Shown here: piece after piece, positions 8,651 through 17,398 of the stretch
Layout: every line of letters starts with the position of its first letter
How positions within the stretch are numbered: the first letter of the stretch is position 1
Assembly (NCBI GenBank): GCA_964196045.1
Contig: CAXMRH010000153.1
Coordinates: 1-39,285, forward strand
Direction: 5' to 3'
From: an uncultured Chthoniobacterales bacterium
GTDB lineage: Bacteria; Actinomycetota; Acidimicrobiia; Acidimicrobiales; SHLQ01
DNA length: 39,285 nt
Translations under genes and position numbers: made by a program
The notes under the pieces: generated by a model
Told to the model about the DNA's origin: nothing
Databases searched by the model: none
What the model saw: the letters and a program-made list of their open reading frames with translations, nothing else

Positions 8651-8661
8651 GCCCGACCGGT

Positions 8662-10149
8662 TCAGTCCGCTTTTGAATCGGGGATGTACGGGGTGAACCA
8701 CATGTGGTCACATGAGGGGCAACTCACGTGAACATGACGGCCAATCGGATCGTCCAGGTCGACCTGGCACTCGTCTCCGCAGTTCGGGCATTCTGAATCG
8801 AACGCGATCTCGAGCTGGGCGGCGCCCCGATCTTCGGGTTCGGCGATATGTGTGGCTGTTTCGCGACGCTCGGCCTTCCGGCGTTTGCGTTCGTCTCCGC
8901 CGAAAAGTTTCGGCCTTCTCGCCCAGAGGCTCTTCGTGGATGGTTCCTCGTCCAGGCGCATATAGGCCCACGGGTCGCGCTCGTCCTCCTCCGACGTTTC
9001 AGGGGTGTTGTCCAGCCCGACCCACCCGGTGTGTTTCGCGTCAGCGGCCGATTGTGGTCGAATGGGTTGGAACGAATCAAGTGCCGTTTCGGTCGCCGAG
9101 TACAATTCGTCAGCTGCTGAGCTTTGGGGCTCAGGACGTATCGGCACGACATTGTCGAACGAGCCGCTTTCGAACGTCTCGCTCGTGAACGGATCCGGGT
9201 CGAGGTCAGCGGTGTCGAAGCCGAGGCCGTCAACGCCCTCCGTTTCGAAGGTGAATAGCTCTCTCAGGTCACCTTCGATTTCGTCGGCAGTCGCGACCGA
9301 GTCGAACGCGCCCATCATGGTCACATCCGTCAACAGTTGTGCATCGTTATCATTCTGTCCGTCACTGCCCGAGGCCTCGATCTCAGACTCATTGCTGTCG
9401 AACGCGGTGATGGCGGTCTCATCGAGTTCGAACACCGCCACGTCTGGAATGTCTTCGACCGGCACCTCTTGCGGGGTCTCCGCATCGAATGCGAGCTCGT
9501 TCTGGAAGACAAGATCTTCGAAGATCGCTATAGGCGTGCCGCCGAACTCCGGCAGCTCGATCTCCTGGGTGGGTTCGTGATGGAACGGGCTATCACGGAA
9601 CGCGAGATCGAACACCGAGTCGACCCGAGGTTGACTGTCCAGGTTTTGTCTATCCACCTCGAGTTCGTCGATGGCTGGCTCGACGACGTCGCGTGCGTCC
9701 AGATCGAGTTCGTCGACCTCTAGTTCTGCCGTGCCTAGCGCTGGTTCGACGATATCGAGTGGTGCCAGCGCCTCGAGTTCGAAGTCCAACTCGTCGGTGA
9801 TTGCTCCTAGCGGTTCAAGCAAAGCACGAACTGCGGAGGTGTTCAGTTCAAGCGGGGGCAGTGGATCGGGGAGGAGATTGAGTTCGAAATGGCGTTCAGT
9901 CGCGGATTGGTCACCGGACTCGACCTGACCGTCCAGGATTTCCGCGGGGTCATCGGCGAGAGCCGGTTCAAGGGATACGCGCAGAGATCCCGAGGAGCCC
10001 TCTTTCTCATCGCGGACCACATCCACTGAGGAACGAGCGCGTCGAGATGCGGCGATCGCGGTTTGTGTCCGTCTTGCGACATCGCTCGGTGCGACGTCAC
10101 GAAGAACGGCCTCAAACGACGGCCATTCGGTCTCCTCCTTTTGCAGCAT
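8662..10149 (-). CDS. Hypothetical, extremely acidic low-complexity protein with a C-terminal CxxC...CxxC zinc ribbon
   Basis: 495-aa ORF with coding-like third-position GC. The body is D/E-rich. A basic patch (KLFGGDERKRRKAERRE) follows, then CPNCGDECQVDLDDPIGRHVHVSCPSCDHMWF at the C-terminus. No family was recognised. Confidence 0.6.
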   Translation of the reverse strand: MLQKEETEWPSFEAVLRDVAPSDVARRTQTAIAASRRARSSVDVVRDEKEGSSGSLRVSLEPALADDPAEILDGQVESGDQSATERHFELNLLPDPLPPLELNTSAVRALLEPLGAITDELDFELEALAPLDIVEPALGTAELEVDELDLDARDVVEPAIDELEVDRQNLDSQPRVDSVFDLAFRDSPFHHEPTQEIELPEFGGTPIAIFEDLVFQNELAFDAETPQEVPVEDIPDVAVFELDETAITAFDSNESEIEASGSDGQNDNDAQLLTDVTMMGAFDSVATADEIEGDLRELFTFETEGVDGLGFDTADLDPDPFTSETFESGSFDNVVPIRPEPQSSAADELYSATETALDSFQPIRPQSAADAKHTGWVGLDNTPETSEEDERDPWAYMRLDEEPSTKSLWARRPKLFGGDERKRRKAERRETATHIAEPEDRGAAQLEIAFDSECPNCGDECQVDLDDPIGRHVHVSCPSCDHMWFTPYIPDSKAD

Positions 10150-10380
10150 TCCTTGTCTCCATCAGGTGTTAGCGATCGGCATGATCTCCGCGAAGAGCGC
10201 CATGCGTGAACTATCGGTGGCGGCGTGTAGAAGCTGAGCGGTTCCGTGGCGATTTCCACGTCCTCTGCGCTCCCCCTCTTTGGCATCGGCCATGTCGAAG
10301 GTTCGTTGGGCCCATTGCCAGGTCCGCCAGTTGGCCGACTTCACAAACGACGGCATGAAGCGGCCTCCATAACCACGCCG

Positions 10381-10797
10381 ATGACGATGAAGGAAGGGTT
10401 CGTGGACCAATCCGCAAGCAGCGAGGGCCCGGCGACGAGAATCGCTCGGCTCGAGCACGAGCTCGCACTCGCACTCGAACGAGCAGCCGTCGCCGAGGAA
10501 CAACTCAAACGTGTGCACATTGCCGTTCGGGCTTTCAAGCAAAGTCAGACGAATGCACACGCCCGTCGAGAAGATCTCATGAAGAGCGCACGCAAGCACG
10601 CCGATGAGATCGTCCGGAAGGCCAAGACGGAAGCCGAGAAACTTGAATCGGCGCAGGCGGTCAACCACTCGTCCTTGTACAACTCGTGGCTCGTCTCTGA
10701 TCCAAGTCTTGATGAGCGTTTGGACGACTATCTGCAGAGCGAATTCGAACCCGATAGGTCACGCGACTGGATGTTGAGCGAGGACAAGGCGAAATGA
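10381..10797 (+). CDS. Hypothetical coiled-coil protein (DivIVA- / ATPase-b-like heptad region)
   Basis: RIARLEHELALALERAAVAEEQLKRV...ARKHADEIVRKAKTEAEKLESAQ shows coiled-coil character and coding-like codon usage. The start is uncertain: the ORF opens at 10246 and the first ATG is at 10381. It competes with the antisense ORF 10162-10668, which looks non-coding. Confidence 0.45.
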   Translation: MTMKEGFVDQSASSEGPATRIARLEHELALALERAAVAEEQLKRVHIAVRAFKQSQTNAHARREDLMKSARKHADEIVRKAKTEAEKLESAQAVNHSSLYNSWLVSDPSLDERLDDYLQSEFEPDRSRDWMLSEDKAK

Positions 10798-10803
10798 GCT
10801 CCG

Positions 10804-12117
10804 TTACCGAAGCTTGAATTCGATCCGTCGACTTGCGACCTCGTCTTCAACTCCATCGACGAGCACTGGTTGGCTCTCACCGAATCCCTCTGCTGTTAGG
10901 CGAGTTCCGTCCACACCCTGACTGATTAGATAGACCCGCACCGCGTTCGCCCGACGGTCGGAGAGCCGTTGATTGGGTTCAGAAGGACCAACGGTGTCTG
11001 TGTGGCCCTCGATCAGCGCGTTGGCGTCGGGGTTCTCGGCGAAGTAGTCGACTGCCTTTTCCAGCTCAAGTTGACTGGCGGGAGCAATGACGGAGGAAAG
11101 GGGGTCGAACTGGATCGTGCCGAGTTGGATCACCTCGTTGATCGTCGGGGGTTCGAGCACAGTGTGGATGACAAGAACGTTCCCGTTGAGCGCTTCGAGA
11201 CCGTCGAGGGAGACGCGGGCAGTCCCGTTGAGGATGACGTCGTCCCCCTCGAGGGAAACATCGATGGGAAGCCCGACGCGCGAGGAGATCTGCCCGCCCG
11301 CGGCCTCGAGCAGAAGTTCGGGAGTCAACCGCTGGTCGAGGAAGTGATAACTGATGAGCGCCTCGGCTGCGGCGGGGTCCGTCGCAAGGCTGTTGAGCTG
11401 CTCGGGAGTAAGCGAGGAAATGGCCTCATCAGATGGAGCGAAGAGGGTGAACTCGATCTGATTGCCCTCATCATCGGTCTGAGCCTCGAGCAAGGCTTGT
11501 AAACCAAGCGGTCCGCCGAGTGAAGCAAACTGTCGGGTGCCACTCGACGCGCCGAGCAGCTCCCAAGCGGTTTGGGGGATCTCGGGAACGGCTTCCGTTG
11601 TCGATGGCGCCTCGGTACTTGGCGCCGCTGTCGAAGTGGTCTGTGGAGCGTCAGTGCTCGATCCCTCGGGGCTGCTCGTCGTGACAGAACTACTCAAGCT
11701 CTCTTGAGGATCGGAGAGGTTGTCATCGTCCGAGGAGCCAAATAGGTCACCCCAGAACACGAGGCCGAGAACTATCAGCAAGCCGATCAGCAGGAGCGGA
11801 AGCAGATATGCGATTTTCCGGCGATCGTCCTCCTCCTCGTCGACGGCGTTGTCGGCACGAACATCATTCGATTCGGACGGTACGACGAGCTCATAGGAAA
11901 TCGACGCCGCGGAAATGATCTCGAAGGTGTCCTCTTCGATCTCGTCCGCAGATTCGCTCTCTGGTTCCTGGGCCGGATCGTGTGCCTCGGTCGTGGGAGT
12001 GGCCTCAGGCTCATCGACCTCAGGCTCATCAATCGATACACGGATGCGCTCGAGCATCCCCTGGGCTCGTTCCGCAAGACTTTCGATGTTGTGCTCGCCT
12101 GGCGAGTATTCCGTCAT
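10804..12117 (-). CDS. Membrane-anchored fasciclin (FAS1) plus OmpA-like peptidoglycan-binding domain protein
   Basis: 437 aa. The layout is an acidic N-terminal segment, a single TM (IAYLLPLLLIGLLIVLGLVFWG), an S/T/P-rich linker, a FAS1 pattern (FTLFAPSDEAI...LISYHFL...VLVIHTVLEPP) and an OmpA_C pattern (IEGHTDTVGPSEPNQRLSDRRANAVRVYL...AEGFGESQPV). Confidence 0.8.
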   Translation of the reverse strand: MTEYSPGEHNIESLAERAQGMLERIRVSIDEPEVDEPEATPTTEAHDPAQEPESESADEIEEDTFEIISAASISYELVVPSESNDVRADNAVDEEEDDRRKIAYLLPLLLIGLLIVLGLVFWGDLFGSSDDDNLSDPQESLSSSVTTSSPEGSSTDAPQTTSTAAPSTEAPSTTEAVPEIPQTAWELLGASSGTRQFASLGGPLGLQALLEAQTDDEGNQIEFTLFAPSDEAISSLTPEQLNSLATDPAAAEALISYHFLDQRLTPELLLEAAGGQISSRVGLPIDVSLEGDDVILNGTARVSLDGLEALNGNVLVIHTVLEPPTINEVIQLGTIQFDPLSSVIAPASQLELEKAVDYFAENPDANALIEGHTDTVGPSEPNQRLSDRRANAVRVYLISQGVDGTRLTAEGFGESQPVLVDGVEDEVASRRIEFKLR

Positions 12118-12310
12118 TACAGCACCTTGTGTCGGCGGTCCCCCGGGGAGGACGCTAGCCCAGTCGCGGCGCTGGCTCAGTGACGATTCTTACCAGCGAC
12201 GAAGATGTCTCGCGTCCCGCGATGATCGAGATCTGAAGAGATCGCATGGTCGTCGAGTCCGCACCAGCCACATACGAATGACGTGGAGCTAAAGCCTGCT
12301 GGTTGAGTTG

Positions 12311-12394
12311 TGCGCGAGGGGGGACTTGAACCCCCACGCCCTTTCGGACACAGGCACCTGAAGCCTGCGCGTCTGCCAATTCCGCCACTCGCGC
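12311..12394 (-). tRNA. tRNA-Leu (anticodon CAG), CCA not encoded
   Basis: The reverse complement reads GCGCGAGTGGCGGAATTGGCAGACGCGCAGGCTTCAGGTGCCTGTG...GGGGGTTCAAGTCCCCCCTCGCGCA. It has a long variable arm and the anticodon loop TT-CAG-GT. Confidence 0.9.
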
Positions 12395-12492
12395 AAAGTA
12401 AGCGAAGGCCGAGGCTAGCGGCCTTTTGCCGATCTGGGGCGCGCTCCCGGGTTGCCGATGTACGCCGCCCAGCGGTTGTAGCGTTCGTGACC

Positions 12493-13161
12493 ATGGGACT
12501 TCGCGATCTGGAGCGTGCGATTGAACGGGGCGTCGACGGCGTGCTCGGTCGCGTCTTTCGATCCGAAGTGAGCCGCCTCGAGATCGCAAAGCGGGTGGAG
12601 CGTGAACTCGACGCTGGGACACGCCGAGGCGCTGCTGGTACACGGGTCATGCCGAACGAGATCGAGATCCGAATCCACCCCGATGACGCCAGGGTGCTCC
12701 ACGTAGACATCGACGAGATCGAACGCGAGCTCCTCGCGATGGCACGCGAGCATGCACGCGATCTTGATTGTGTCTTCGAAGGCCCCCTGGTTGTCACGCT
12801 CACCACCACACCCGAAGCGCTACGGGGCACGATCCAAGTATTCGCAACGGCCGAACACTCGATCGCTGGCGTACCGCCAGGCACACTGATCTATCCAGAC
12901 GGCTATCGCTATGACCTGGTTGCTTCCGGCGTCGACGGAATCGTCCTGGGTCGAGACCAACGATGCGACATTGTGATCGACGACGACCGGGCCTCGCGCG
13001 AGCACGCTCACGCGAGGCCGAGTGCGCGTGGCTGGATCGTAGAAGACATGAGCTCGACGAACGGTACGAGGGTCAACGGCTTCCGGACGTACGCTCAGCT
13101 TCTAGTCGATGGAGACCGCGTCACAATCGGCGCAACGACCTTTACATTCGACGCATCGTGA
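12493..13161 (+). CDS. fhaA: FhaA-like protein (DUF3662 N-domain plus C-terminal FHA domain)
   Basis: MGLRDLERAIERGVDGVLGRVF is the typical FhaA N-terminus. The C-terminal FHA pattern is LGRDQRCDIVIDDDRASREHA...STNGTRVNG. The ORF-track start at 12310 overlaps tRNA-Leu and was rejected. Confidence 0.85.
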   Translation: MGLRDLERAIERGVDGVLGRVFRSEVSRLEIAKRVERELDAGTRRGAAGTRVMPNEIEIRIHPDDARVLHVDIDEIERELLAMAREHARDLDCVFEGPLVVTLTTTPEALRGTIQVFATAEHSIAGVPPGTLIYPDGYRYDLVASGVDGIVLGRDQRCDIVIDDDRASREHAHARPSARGWIVEDMSSTNGTRVNGFRTYAQLLVDGDRVTIGATTFTFDAS

Positions 13162-13197
13162 TGCCCCCACACGCCCTGACCCCGGCAACAGAGATAG

Positions 13198-13647
13198 ATG
13201 TCTGACGCAGTTCTCACACTCATGAAATTCGGGCTACTGCTCGCGCTGTATCTCTTCTTCGCGTGGGTTTTGTGGTCAGCCTTCAACCAGCTTCGGCGGA
13301 GTCCCGTGGCGGTCGCACCAATAACGGCGCAACCACGGTTCGGGTCCACTAGCAACTCGGTGCGCGGGCAAATAGCGATTCTCGAACCGCCCGAGCTTGC
13401 CGGAGCGGTGATGACGATTGGCGATGAGTTGACGATCGGGCGAGCTGCCGCGTGCACCCTGACATTGGACGACACCTATGTCTCCCAACTACATGCCAGC
13501 ATTGTCTGGCGTGATCGCCAGTACCTCGCCGAAGACACCGGCTCGACGAACGGAACATTCGTGAACCGTGAGCGCCTCGTGACTCCTGTCGTGCTCCGGC
13601 CCGGCGACCGCGTACAAATTGGAAGTACGGTGCTTGAGTTCTCATGA
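13198..13647 (+). CDS. fhaB: FhaB/FipA-like protein (N-terminal TM plus FHA domain)
   Basis: 149 aa with a hydrophobic N-terminus (LMKFGLLLALYLFFAWVLW) and an FHA pattern (IGRAAACTLTLDDTYVSQLHA...STNGTFVN). Confidence 0.85.
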   Translation: MSDAVLTLMKFGLLLALYLFFAWVLWSAFNQLRRSPVAVAPITAQPRFGSTSNSVRGQIAILEPPELAGAVMTIGDELTIGRAAACTLTLDDTYVSQLHASIVWRDRQYLAEDTGSTNGTFVNRERLVTPVVLRPGDRVQIGSTVLEFS

Positions 13648-13699
13648 GCTGTAGGCAACCCACCACTAACGGCGTGCGACCGACGGAAGAAGCACCACA

Positions 13700-14485
13700 A
13701 TGAGCACAACCAGACTTCGCTGGGGGCTGCGTTCCGACGTCGGCATGGTGCGCCGTGTGAACCAAGACGCCGCGATGGCGAACGGCACGCTCTTTGCTGT
13801 TGCCGATGGAATGGGCGGCCACCGTGGCGGCGAGGTCGCGGCGGAGATCGCGGCGGGGCACTTCCGGATCGTCGAACAGGTTCTCACCATCGACGAACTC
13901 GAGCGAGCAGTTGTCGCTGCCAACGAGCTGATCAGGGCACGGGCCGCAGCCGATCCCGATCTGACCGGCATGGGAACAACGATCGTTGCGATGGGAGTCC
14001 TCACCGACACAGAGCCCGACAGCCCACTCCAGCTCGGGGCGGTGAACGTGGGTGATAGCCGCTTGTACCTTTACGAGGAGGGCGAACTCTCACAGGTCTC
14101 CGTCGATCACAGCCTCGTAGGCGAGCTGACACGCGCTGGCCAACTCACTGAAGAAGAAGCGGCTCGACACCCCCAACGAAACGTAGTAACGCGTGCCCTT
14201 GGGGCCGAACAGCAGGTACTCGTCGATAGTTGGACGCTCCCAGCACGACTCGGACAGCGCTACCTGATGTGCTCGGATGGGCTCGTTAACGAGGTCAGCG
14301 ACCAAGGTGTCCGCGGAGTTCTCGAAGACGTCGACGATCCCGAGGCTGCAGCGGGACGGCTGGTCGACATGGCGAATCGATCCGGGGGCCGGGACAACAT
14401 CACGGTCCTGATCCTTGACATCGTCGACAGTGCGCACTCCACCCCGGACGCTTCGCCATGCGATCCCGCCGAAACCACGAGTTAG
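13700..14485 (+). CDS. pstP: PP2C-family Ser/Thr phosphatase (PstP-like, catalytic domain only)
   Basis: Matches include FAVADGMGGHRGGEVAAE and DNITVLILD. At 261 aa it has no C-terminal TM or extracellular segment. It overlaps the next gene by 28 nt. Confidence 0.9.
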   Translation: MSTTRLRWGLRSDVGMVRRVNQDAAMANGTLFAVADGMGGHRGGEVAAEIAAGHFRIVEQVLTIDELERAVVAANELIRARAAADPDLTGMGTTIVAMGVLTDTEPDSPLQLGAVNVGDSRLYLYEEGELSQVSVDHSLVGELTRAGQLTEEEAARHPQRNVVTRALGAEQQVLVDSWTLPARLGQRYLMCSDGLVNEVSDQGVRGVLEDVDDPEAAAGRLVDMANRSGGRDNITVLILDIVDSAHSTPDASPCDPAETTS

Positions 14486-15786
14486 TACTCCTCGCCGCGG
14501 CGGCCGCGATCACCGCGGGAGCGTACGCACTAGCGAGCCTCGGACGGACAGCGTCAATTCCCGCGGACTTGTTGCCGTTCTTCGCCGTCGTACTTGGGTT
14601 GTTGCTCGTGGCACACCTGGTACTTCGCCGCTTCGCACCGCTGGCCGACCCCACGATTCTCCCAGTTGTCGCGCTATTGAACGGTCTCGGCTACGTGTTC
14701 ATCGTGCGCTTGGCGAACGACATCGGCGACGCGGAGTCCCTCCCCGGGCAGCAGGCGACGTGGACCGCAGTAGGTATCGCCGCGTTCACCGCGACCTTGA
14801 TTCTTGTGCCGAGGATCAAGGTCCTGGACAAGTACCGCTACCTGGCCGCGATCACGGGAATCGTGCTTCTGATCTTGCCGCTCATGCCGGTGATCGGGCG
14901 GGAGGTGAACTCCGCTCGGATCTGGGTTCGCTTCGGGCCGATCAACTTTCAACCGGGGGAGTTTGCGAAGATCGCCCTGGCCGTCTTCATCGCTAGCTAC
15001 TTAGCGGAGAAGCGGGAGATCATGCTCGACGCACGCTTCCGCGTTGGACCGTTCAGCCTTCCAGAAGCGAAACATCTCGCGCCGGTGATGGCTGCGTGGG
15101 GTGCGTCGCTCGTCGTAATGGTCGCCGAGAAGGACCTCGGATCCTCATTGCTGTTGTTCCTGTTGGTCATCGTGATGCTGTGGGTGGCGACTGCTCGCAC
15201 CAGCTATCTGGTAACCGGACTGGGCCTGTTCGCGATCGGAGGATGGGCCGCATCGAAACAGTTCGGTCACGTCCAAGATCGCTTCGACATCTGGCTTGAT
15301 CCGTGGGCCGACCCGGATGGGGTGGGCTTTCAACCGGTCGAGGCCAGTTTCGCTCTCGCCAACGGTGGTCTCACAGGCACCGGCCCGGGTCGCGGTGAGC
15401 CGTATCGAATTCCCGAGGTCGAAACCGACTTTATCTTCGCGGCTATTGGCGAAGAGCTGGGTTTGGTTGGCTCGGTGGGAATTCTGATCGCCTTCGTCGT
15501 CATTGTCACCTCGGGGCTACGGATTGCGATTGGCACCCGAGACGACTTCGGCAAGCTGCTCGCAGCCGCACTGTCGGCTCTGATTGGTCTACAAGCCTTC
15601 ATCATCATCGGGGGGATCATCCGAATCGTGCCGCTCACAGGAATCACGTTGCCGTTCGTGAGCTATGGAGGCAGCTCGCTTGTCGCGAATTACGTACTGG
15701 TTGCCCTGCTGTTGCGGATTTCACACGACGGCGCCACGCGCCCCGATATTGCGTTGGATCCAGCCGACGCGCTCGTGACGACATGA
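14458..15786 (+). CDS. rodA: FtsW/RodA/SpoVE-family peptidoglycan glycosyltransferase
   Basis: 442-aa polytopic ORF with PGEFAKIALAVFIASYL, TDFIFAAIGEELGLVG and GITLPFVSYGGSS. Confidence 0.9.
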   Translation: MRSRRNHELVLLAAAAAITAGAYALASLGRTASIPADLLPFFAVVLGLLLVAHLVLRRFAPLADPTILPVVALLNGLGYVFIVRLANDIGDAESLPGQQATWTAVGIAAFTATLILVPRIKVLDKYRYLAAITGIVLLILPLMPVIGREVNSARIWVRFGPINFQPGEFAKIALAVFIASYLAEKREIMLDARFRVGPFSLPEAKHLAPVMAAWGASLVVMVAEKDLGSSLLLFLLVIVMLWVATARTSYLVTGLGLFAIGGWAASKQFGHVQDRFDIWLDPWADPDGVGFQPVEASFALANGGLTGTGPGRGEPYRIPEVETDFIFAAIGEELGLVGSVGILIAFVVIVTSGLRIAIGTRDDFGKLLAAALSALIGLQAFIIIGGIIRIVPLTGITLPFVSYGGSSLVANYVLVALLLRISHDGATRPDIALDPADALVTT

Positions 15787-15787
15787 G

Positions 15788-17341
15788 TTGGAAGTCCTCG
15801 TGAACCGTCAGATCTTGCGCCTGGGCGTGGGGCTTATGGCCGCCTACCTGGTGCTGTTCGTCCAGCTCAACAGGATTCAGGTGTTCGGAGCCGAACGCCT
15901 CGACACCCATCCGTCGAACAGCCGTCCCCTCGTTGAAGATTTCGGCGCACCCCGCGGGGAAATTCGAGCCGCCGACGGGACCGTGCTCGCTCGGTCGGTC
16001 GACTTGAAAGACGGCGCCTTCGAGCGCCAGCGCGAGTATCCGCTCGGGGAGCTGTTCGCCGAAGTGACCGGGTTCCTGTCCTTTGATGCGGGTTCTGACG
16101 GCCTCGAACAGACGTGGGATGAGGAACTCCGCGGCGATCAGAACGAACTGGAAGATGGCCTTCAGGAGCTTCTCGGTGGCGAAGCGACCACAGCCGATGT
16201 GGTGACGACATTGTCCGTCGAGGTGCAAACGGCCGCTCGCGACGCCTTGGGCGAACGGCGAGGCTCGGTGGTCGTGCTCGACCCGCAGTCCGGGGCAGTC
16301 CTCGCCATGTGGTCATGGCCGACGTATGACCCGAACCCGCTCGCGTCCACCAGCAACACCATCGCGAAGTCGGCGAGACGGGCACTTCTCGCCGACCCGA
16401 TAAACCCCTTGCTTCCTCGTACGACGAGAGAGCTGTTCTTCCCCGGATCGACCTTCAAAGTTGTTACTGCGGCCGCCGCCCTCGAAACGAATGCCGTCGA
16501 ACTCGACACGCCGGTCTTCTCGATCACCGAGAGCTACACGCCACCGCTGACCTCGAATCCGCTGTCCAACTTCGGGGGTGCACAGTGTGGGGGAGCGCTA
16601 CGTGAACTCATTCGGCGGTCGTGTAATGCAGGCATGGCCCAGTTGGCTGTTGAGCTGCTCGGTGCCGATCGACTCGTCGAAACCGCGCAGAACTTCGGCT
16701 TCGGATCGGTCCCGCCCATTGGGCTCCCTGGCGTTGTGGCGTCGGTGATGCCCGATGATTTTGGTGCCGATCTGGGAACGGCGGTCGAGGTGGAACCCGA
16801 GCTCTTGGCGCAGCTGGACGAGGATCCAATGGTCATGTTGACCGACGACATGCCATCGCTCGCTCAGGCGGCGGTGGGCCAGTTCGAGGTCAAGGCGACT
16901 CCGCTTCAGATGGCGCTCGTCGTCGCTGCGATCGCCAACGATGGCGACGTCCCCAATCCACACGTGGTGCAAAGGGTCATCGATGCCGATGGCTCGATCG
17001 TGCATCAGGCGGATCTCGAAGCGTGGCGGCAGGCAATGTCACAAGAAACATCGAGAGAGCTACGTAGTGCCATGTTGGCTGTTGTGGAGTCGGGGACGGC
17101 GCAGGGCCTTGCCATCGACGGATTGGTGGTCGGCGCCAAGACCGGGACGGCGCAGATCGGCGCAGACATCGATGCCACACACGCCTGGTTGATTGCCTTC
17201 GCAGGTGAACGAATCGATCGCCCGACGGTTGTCATCGCCGTCATGATCGAGGCGGATGAAGCCGTTGGTGAACAGACCGGAGGTCGTGTGGCGGGCCCAG
17301 TCGGCCTCGAGGTGCTCGAGGCATGGAACGCGCAGCGTTGA
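15788..17341 (+). CDS. pbpA: Class B penicillin-binding protein (PbpA-like transpeptidase)
   Basis: Contains STFK (PGSTFKVV), SxN (RSCNAG) and KTGT (GAKTGTAQ). A GTG start at 15800, preceded by ggaag, is an equally plausible alternative to TTG at 15788. Confidence 0.9.
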   Translation: MEVLVNRQILRLGVGLMAAYLVLFVQLNRIQVFGAERLDTHPSNSRPLVEDFGAPRGEIRAADGTVLARSVDLKDGAFERQREYPLGELFAEVTGFLSFDAGSDGLEQTWDEELRGDQNELEDGLQELLGGEATTADVVTTLSVEVQTAARDALGERRGSVVVLDPQSGAVLAMWSWPTYDPNPLASTSNTIAKSARRALLADPINPLLPRTTRELFFPGSTFKVVTAAAALETNAVELDTPVFSITESYTPPLTSNPLSNFGGAQCGGALRELIRRSCNAGMAQLAVELLGADRLVETAQNFGFGSVPPIGLPGVVASVMPDDFGADLGTAVEVEPELLAQLDEDPMVMLTDDMPSLAQAAVGQFEVKATPLQMALVVAAIANDGDVPNPHVVQRVIDADGSIVHQADLEAWRQAMSQETSRELRSAMLAVVESGTAQGLAIDGLVVGAKTGTAQIGADIDATHAWLIAFAGERIDRPTVVIAVMIEADEAVGEQTGGRVAGPVGLEVLEAWNAQR

Positions 17342-17398
17342 TACTCATGTGCGGCTTGATCTGCGTTCTGTGGTCCTTGTCGATATCCTTTACCGGTT

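Noticed and set aside
10162-10668. 168-aa minus-strand ORF competing with the coiled-coil ORF
   Set aside because: It has no motifs and a Cys/Arg/His-rich composition. The plus-strand frame shows heptad character and better codon usage. The choice remains of moderate confidence only.
12395-12492. Hairpin aaggccg-aggcta-cggcctt between tRNA-Leu and fhaA as a terminator
   Set aside because: It lies upstream of both divergent genes, so it terminates nothing obvious. The stem is short and there is no U-run.
12177-12884. 235-aa minus-strand ORF, plus the 12310 start of the plus ORF
   Set aside because: Both run through tRNA-Leu (12311-12394). The minus ORF is antisense to fhaA.
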